A DNA stretch of 40,299 bases from Psammoneis japonica (taxonomy: Eukaryota): contig QPGO01000099.1 in NCBI GenBank assembly GCA_008632985.1, positions 62,001-102,299 on the forward strand, written 5' to 3'. Positions 33,950-40,299 of this stretch are shown here, one piece after another. The position numbers were made by a program, and so were the translations under genes. Numbering within the stretch: position 1 is the stretch's first letter; every line of letters starts with the position of its first letter. The notes under the pieces were generated by a model. That model was not told the DNA's origin. It was given only the letters and a program-made list of their open reading frames with translations, and ran no database searches.

Positions 33950-36300
33950 CGATCTCTGCCCTGTGCAGATGGCTGCAATCATGAAACCCTTTCCTTCTTC
34001 CACATTGACCAGCATTTGTTTGTTTTGCCATTGGACAAAAAACATTGCAGCCGCTTCTTTCTGTTGTGTGGGTGATGGGCAATTGTGGTTTTAGATGAAG
34101 TGTGATGACCCTGTGACAACATGTGAGATGGAGGAGCCACAATGTGCGCTGCAGCAGGAGTCAGCAACAGAGAATCAAAAGATTGTTTGGCACTGCCTTT
34201 GTCAACACATTTGCCATTTTCATTGGCAATGCACTGGCCATTTTCCATTGGGATCTCATTTGCACCCCCCAAGGTGTGAGTGTTTGTGCACCAGGGTTCT
34301 GCTGTGGCTCTCTCCTGCGGAAGCAGACACAGTTGCAGTCTAAGTCCAAAACAAACTGTGCCAAAGTTGCCGCTCTGTGATGCACTTGTTTTCATTTTCC
34401 TTGTTGGCTGAGTGCAGATGTTTCCTTGATGCAAAGAAGCCAAACAACGTGCTTCATTCATCTGTGAAACAGCTGCGTTGGTGTGAACTTCATGACAGCT
34501 GGCACAGCATCCAGAAAGAGTTTTTCTTCTCAGGGAGTGAAGTGGGTGAGGTTGTGGCAGTCTCTGACTCAACGTTTGGCAGTCCAATGACTCGAGTGGA
34601 GCCAGATGCCACCTTTGCCATCAACGGGGGAGAGGTCTCAAATCCACGACACATCATGAAAGTCCTCAAAGAGGACTGAGCCAGTTGACTGTGACAAAGA
34701 GACAACTTTTCCAATCTCAAAAAGATGGCCAAAGACTTGGACTTGGGCATTGAATTCAGTCCCCCCCTTGTTGCCATCCGTTGCCACATTGTCTTTGCAT
34801 GTTTTCTTGACAAAGGTGTGCACCACCTGCAGCACCACTTTTTTCAGTCGCTGTGATCTGGGCTGCAAAAAAAACACAACAGGTGCTCTTTAACTTTCTG
34901 CAGTGTGCATCAAAGCATCAACAACATTGCATTGCCTCTTTGTTCTCCAGCACTGCAAGTTGGGCTGCCCGTTGATCTGTGCCAGCACAGCCTCCATCCA
35001 TGCCAATGTTGAGGTTGTTCAAGTCAGATTTGCCGCCACACCCAAATGATTTTGCAAAAAGGGGCTGGACACAATTGCCAGTCAATTCATTCTTTTGTTT
35101 AAAATGCACACCATGAAGCAGCCAAGAACATGATGATGTTGTTGTGTGAGACAAATGAGCATGTTTCATTTTCTCTTCAATCTCACCCAGCACATTTGTC
35201 TTTCTGAGTCATTGCCTTGGTCGCCAGCAATCGCCAATGACACAATCCTGGAGGCAATGGCAGACACATGAGCCCTGATGACAACACTCCTTTTCATTTC
35301 ATTAAAGGCACCCTCAAGGTGACAAATGAGTGGGTTCTCTTGGCAAGCTTGGTGGCCCTCTCTGTGCATTGCATTGCAACGGCTTTCTCCACATGGACAC
35401 CCACTCTGCCTTTGATGTGCAACCCTGTTTGACCTTGGCTTTGTCAAGCAGCCCTTCTGGATCCAACAACACTGAAGAGAGTGCACTGCAAGCTTGCAGC
35501 ACAAGCACAGCAGAGAACAATTTCAACACATGCTCACAAGTCATTTTCAATTTAGTCGTGGGCATTTGGTGCACAAACTCAGAGTCCTGTTAAAAGAGCA
35601 AATCTGCCACAAGAGCAAGTGGTGGTCATTCCTCTTCTCTCAGGTCTAGAACATTGCTTGCATGACTGTCCTGAATGTGTCACACCTCTGACACAAGTGA
35701 CTGCTGGGGTCCTTGTCAATTGACCTCTCCAGTCTTTCTGCTGTGCATGTCCTTTGCCTCCTCAAATGGTTGCATCATCCACAGGTGGGTCACAAACAAA
35801 GAGATCTTCATGAAAATCTGCATTTTTGTCATCACCGTGTGATCGTGCTGTTCTGCATCACACCTTGCCCAAAAGCCTGGATCATGAAAAAATCAGAGAG
35901 ATTTTCCACTCTTTTTGTGCAAGTCAAAGATTGGTTCAGTGTCATCCTCACATTCAGAATCACTGTCAAATCACAGCAAAGGCAGCCTGTCTCTCGGGCC
36001 TGGCACATTGTCAGCACCAGCAGCCAGCATTGTGGGGTTTCCATCCACACCCAACTCCATGTTGTCATGTCCAAACGTGCCGACACTGTTGTCAAGTCCC
36101 TCCTTCGTTGCTGTCAGCATGCTGGCTCACTCGAGCAGAGGAGATGTGAGAAGCCAAGCCAGCAACATTTGACACCACCTCCATGCTGCTGCCCATTGGT
36201 CCTTGGATGGTGCTTTGCTTGTTGGATGGCTTCTTAACAGCCACTGATGTCACTTGCACGTCTCCTCTCGATCTGACATGCCGACAGCAAATTTGCACAT
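33950..36300 (-). mobile_element. Heavily hypermutated relic, possibly a piggyBac-like DDE transposase
   Basis: TpA-free block. SDLNNLNIGMDGGC (about 34987-35030) back-mutates by two TG>TA changes to MDRGY, a DDE-transposase-type motif. Otherwise unrecognisable. Confidence 0.35.
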
Positions 36301-36328
36301 TTCAATGTTCTACCGGCACGCATGGGGT

Positions 36329-36483
36329 GCGGCTGTCGCCGCTTTTCTCGTTTGTCCTCGGCGGCGATCTTCAAGCTAGTGTAAATCTAAAGGCCAGTGA
36401 TCCAAGGTGGGAGTGGAGTGGGCTTCACTGGCACACGAACTTTCCTTCTCCAAACAAAAAACCCAGGCTGGACGGCAAGGGCC
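36329..36483. repeat. Terminal direct repeat B2 (155 bp)
   Basis: Identical to 36651-36805 except TG (36408-9) vs CA (36730-1). Confidence 0.95.
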
Positions 36484-36650
36484 AGAGGGCGGGAGAGGTG
36501 GGAGCGTTTTAATCTGTCTGCGGGCCGGCTTGCTGTTGTTGTTTCCAAAAGAATGAGAGGAAACAAAGCAGCCGGTGAGAGAGGCGGCCAGGAAGTTTGG
36601 GAACTTTCAAATGGAATGGGGAATCTCGCCTTGCGGATTGCTCGAGGACA

Positions 36651-36805
36651 GCGGCTGTCGCCGCTTTTCTCGTTTGTCCTCGGCGGCGATCTTCAAGCTA
36701 GTGTAAATCTAAAGGCCAGTGATCCAAGGCAGGAGTGGAGTGGGCTTCACTGGCACACGAACTTTCCTTCTCCAAACAAAAAACCCAGGCTGGACGGCAA
36801 GGGCC
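36651..36805. repeat. Internal direct repeat B1 (155 bp)
   Basis: Matches B2. The 167-bp spacer 36484-36650 is the presumed A2 repeat. Confidence 0.95.
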
Positions 36806-36905
36806 TCCAGCCACCTCCAAATGCATTGCATGAGCTGCGCAGGGCACAGTGGAGGCTGTGACAAATTGGGTGGGAGAGGTGGGATCGTCTGGCGGGCTGT
36901 GGCGG

Positions 36906-38081
36906 TCAAGGCATGGCAGGAGCAATGGGAACGTCGGCATTCGGATGGAGGACGAAGTGGCCACCGGCAAGCATGCATTGGGTGAAATTGCGCATGACAG
37001 GCTCCGCTTGTAGATGGAGGCATCGGAGCATTTCGTCGGACCGCCATCGGCCCAAGAGACGAATTGTGTCCGTGTCGACTTGGGCACACAGCAATCCCAT
37101 GGCACCCACGGCTCGAAGGCAGCGCGCGGAGACATCGGAGGGAAGGAATCCGAGATTCTGTGGACCAAGTGCAGTGACGGCAGTGCAGAGGATGGACGTG
37201 ATGTCAGTGGGACTGACTCGGTGCCAGCGTCCGTTGCAGAAGTGGACTGACAAAGGTGTGTCAGGCAAAGCGCCAAGGTCGCGCAAGTGAAGCATTCGGC
37301 GTACGGCAGCTTTGACGGGGCAGAGTTGCGGGTGGCCGGAGAGGCCAAGGCCGACAACTTCGCCACGAACTCCATTCTTTTGTGCAGTGAAGGTGAGCGT
37401 GGTGAAGGTTGCAGCGGCGAGCTGCGCGTCTGGGGTGTGGAAGACACCCAAACAGATGCCACCAGCGGAGAGGCGTACATCGGCGAGCCGAAAAGGAGCA
37501 GTCTCTGAAGGGGTGGCTGTGCACTCACCAGGACACAAGAGAAAGAAAAAGGCAAGGGCGATCATGTCAGCGACAGCATGGGTGCCGGGGTGCTGACTGG
37601 CAGCAGCAGCAGCCAAGATCCAATGGAGCACGGCCACGGGGACAGGTTTTACATGGTCGGTGGGCGGATCCTGCTTCTTGCAGTAACGGATCTGGCGGGT
37701 AAGACGGAAATCCAAGCCGCCTTGGAGGGTGAGCCGTGGGTCCGGGGCCCCCATTGCAGCGAACGTTTGGCCAACCGACCGCAGGGCATCTTCAGCGGTG
37801 CGTGCACGGACGGGATTGCCACGTGGGGCAAGGACTCCGACTCGACATCGGTGGAGGAAGACTTGGAGGAATAAGATGGGGTCTTCGACTTCGACAAGGA
37901 GTGGATCGACGGCCAGTGTGTGGTAGAAATTGGCCCAGAGGTTCCAATGGGTGTCGGCGGCGGAGGCTCGTGAAGGGGTGACTGCGAGGGCAACGGCTCT
38001 CTGTGCAGCACCGAGGTCACGAAGGAAATCAGCTTTCGTGGCGGGGTCCACAAGCGCCAAGGTTTGGTCTGCGGGTAACAA
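36906..38081 (-). pseudogene. Tyrosine recombinase, ORF open but catalytic residues mutated
   Basis: AFFFLLCPGEC (expected LLRPGEY), QKNGVRG, SARCLRAVGA and LGRWRSDEMLRCLH (expected LRYLH). Confidence 0.88.
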
Positions 38082-40156
38082 GCATTAAAATGGTGCAAAA
38101 ATTCCGTGTCAGTCAGGGATTGTAAACGGGAAGCATCGTCAGCGGCGGTGTTGAGGGTGCCTTGCAGGAAGTCGTGAATGGTGACGTGACGATGGAATCG
38201 TTGATGGCAAGCTTGGCAGCGATGGAACTCGGCACGAAGCTCAGAGGCAGTGGAGGAACCTTTGCGTTGCCAGAACAAAGCACCTGAACTGTCAGTGCGC
38301 TGAAGGTTGGTGTGCTCCCGCAGGTCGAAACATTCGGATGCAGCGCATGTGTGGACGATGCTGCCCACGAGTTCAAGGTCGGTGTTGGTGATCGGGCCGT
38401 GAGGATTCTCGTAGGTGGCGAGGTCCTGGGTGACCTGGTTTGGGAAAGGCACACGCCAAACAACGGGACCGGGGTTGGTTTGAATGCGGCGGCGTCCGTG
38501 TGGACTAAATTTTAGTTTGGTGGCGCGTGGGACGGAGGCTGCGGTGGGTAAGATGACACCGCCGGCGCCATGACCGGCCGCATCATGGCAACCATGGACA
38601 CTCGGGTCCAAGGGGACAAGTTCTTGAATGCGCACCGGGCGTTGTTCGACGCATGCNNNNNNNNNNNNNNNNNNNNNNNNNNNNNNNNNNNNNNNNNNNN
38701 NNNNNNNNNNNNNNNNNNNNNNNNNNNNNNNNNNNNNNNNNNNNNNNNNNNNNNNNNNNNNNNNNNNNNNNNNNNNNNNNNNNNNNNNNNNNNNNNNNNN
38801 NNNNNNNNNNNNNNNNNNNNNNNNNNNNNNNNNNNNNNNNNNNNNNNNNNNNNNNNNNNNNNNNNNNNNNNNNNNNNNNNNNNNNNNNNNNNNNNNNNNN
38901 NNNNNNNNNNNNNNNNNNNNNNNNNNNNNNNNNNNNNNNNNNNNNNNNNNNNNNNNNNNNNNNNNNNNNNNNNNNNNNNNNNNNNNNNNNNNNNNNNNNN
39001 NNNNNNNNNNNNNNNNNNNNNNNNNNNNNNNNNNNNNNNNNNNNNNNNNNNNNNNNNNNNNNNNNNNNNNNNNNNNNNNNNNNNNNNNNNNNNNNNNNNN
39101 NNNNNNNNNNNNNNNNNNNNNNNNNNNNNNNNNNNNNNNNNNNNNNNNNNNNNNNNNNNNNNNNNNNNNNNNNNNNNNNNNNNNNNNNNNNNNNNNNNNN
39201 NNNNNNNNNNNNNNNNNNNNNNNNNNNNNNNNNNNNNNNNNNNNNNNNNNNNNNNNNNNNNNNNNNNNNNNNNNNNNNNNNNNNNNNNNNNNNNNNNNNN
39301 NNNNNNNNNNNNNNNNNNNNNNNNNNNNNNNNNNNNNNNNNNNNNNNNNNNNNNNNNNNNNNNNNNNNNNNNNNNNNNNNNNNNNNNNNNNNNNNNNNNN
39401 NNNNNNNNNNNNNNNNNNNNNNNNNNNNNNNNNNNNNNNNNNNNNNNNNNNNNNNNNNNNNNNNNNNNNNNNNNNNNNNNNNNNGAACCCATCGGACATG
39501 TCTATTTTCATGAGGTAGACCCGTCCTTTGGCGGGATTGGCAAGGAGAATGCGACGCAAGAGTCGATTGAGCGCGCGTCCAAATTGCACAGCCTCGACTG
39601 GTGCGTCAGGCTGTGTGGCGTCGTTGGTGCCAAAATGCGTGTAGTCGACAATTGGCCGAGGCCGTCGACTGTGTTGTGGGACCACGCCAATGGGGCTAAT
39701 GCGGAGGCCCGGCAGTTGTCGGACTTCCTCGTGCGGGACCACGACCCAGAAACCCTTGTCCACATGGTCGGACATGTCTTCTCGTAAAAACTCGACACAT
39801 TCGTAGGCGGACTTGTGGGGGCCCCTGTCGATGCTAGCGTCGAGTTCCTCAGAGCTCCATGGTGCGTCGGCAACGGTGATGGGGACTCCGTGATGCTGGC
39901 AGTGGCGAAGGATCCGGCGTGCCGGATGATTCTGAATGCGGCGCATCGGGCCCAAGTCACCTCGTCCACGACGTTGACGCAACAAATGGCTGAGACCGTG
40001 CTGACACAAAATTTTAGTGTCGCGCACAATGCTCTCACCTGATTTATCAGTTTCAACTGATGCAGCAATCGCCTGTCCACGGAGCGTGGGGCGGCGTTGC
40101 TGTTGACTAAACTGCACCACCTGCGGGGGTGGCGGAGGAATGGGCACCAGGTTCAC
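37649..40156 (-). pseudogene. Reverse transcriptase / RNase H of the YR retroelement (spans an assembly gap)
   Basis: ISPIGVVPQHSRRPRPIVDYT, QFGRALNRLLR and KIDMSDGF (RT). HDAAGHGAG, ITNTDLEL and NTAADDASR (RH). Confidence 0.85.
38657..39484. other. Assembly gap (Ns)
   Basis: Run of n. Confidence 1.
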
Positions 40157-40299
40157 AGTCCCCGAACTGGAACCATTGCCGACGACCTGTTCGGTCGTCC
40201 AATGCTCGGCCGCCCATTCGTAGAGGGTGTTTTGCTCTACCTCGGTGTGGCCGGTCTGATGGTCATGACTGCTGCCACAATTCGTGTTGCATTGGCCTT

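Larger units (their letters stand above)
36329..40299 (-). mobile_element. Ngaro-type (DIRS order) tyrosine-recombinase retrotransposon, 5' end outside the window
   Basis: RT-RH ORF overlapping a YR ORF, followed by split direct repeats in B1-A2-B2 arrangement. Confidence 0.9.

Noticed and set aside
1800..36300. Many overlapping Cys/His-rich ORFs on both strands in the TpA-free blocks as novel small proteins
   Set aside because: Loss of TpA removes TAA/TAG stops and Tyr codons, inflating ORF number and Cys/His content in all frames.
38512..39787. Long ORFs made mostly of X
   Set aside because: Artefacts of the N gap.

Overview
Eukaryotic genomic DNA with GT-AG introns. It is most likely a diatom, inferred from DUF6824 and helicase-associated (HA) repeat families, a CoDi-like copia element and a Ngaro-type retroelement. 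Normal-composition islands carry host genes: a bacterial-type D-lactate dehydrogenase (5' partial), an NSF-like AAA ATPase, a GFA/CENP-V-like protein, a tandem U-box protein, a DUF6824+CRAL-TRIO protein, a small membrane protein and eIF2B-gamma. These alternate with blocks at about 1.8-7.7, 10.5-12.55 and 23.3-40.3 kb that are almost free of TpA and rich in TpG/CpA. The blocks hold two decayed SF2-helicase/HA genes, decayed host-gene copies, a full-length copia element (154-bp LTRs, GGAGT TSD), two related 4-bp-TSD MITEs, a probable DNA-transposase relic and a Ngaro-type tyrosine-recombinase retrotransposon. The main observation is an apparent RIP-like hypermutation of these blocks: A-to-G at TpA on both strands with a TAY preference, on top of CpG decay. 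It is directly visible when repeat copies in the window are compared. Most short Cys/His-rich, Tyr-poor ORFs in the ORF track are artefacts of TAA/TAG stop-codon loss. All alignments and counts were done by eye.
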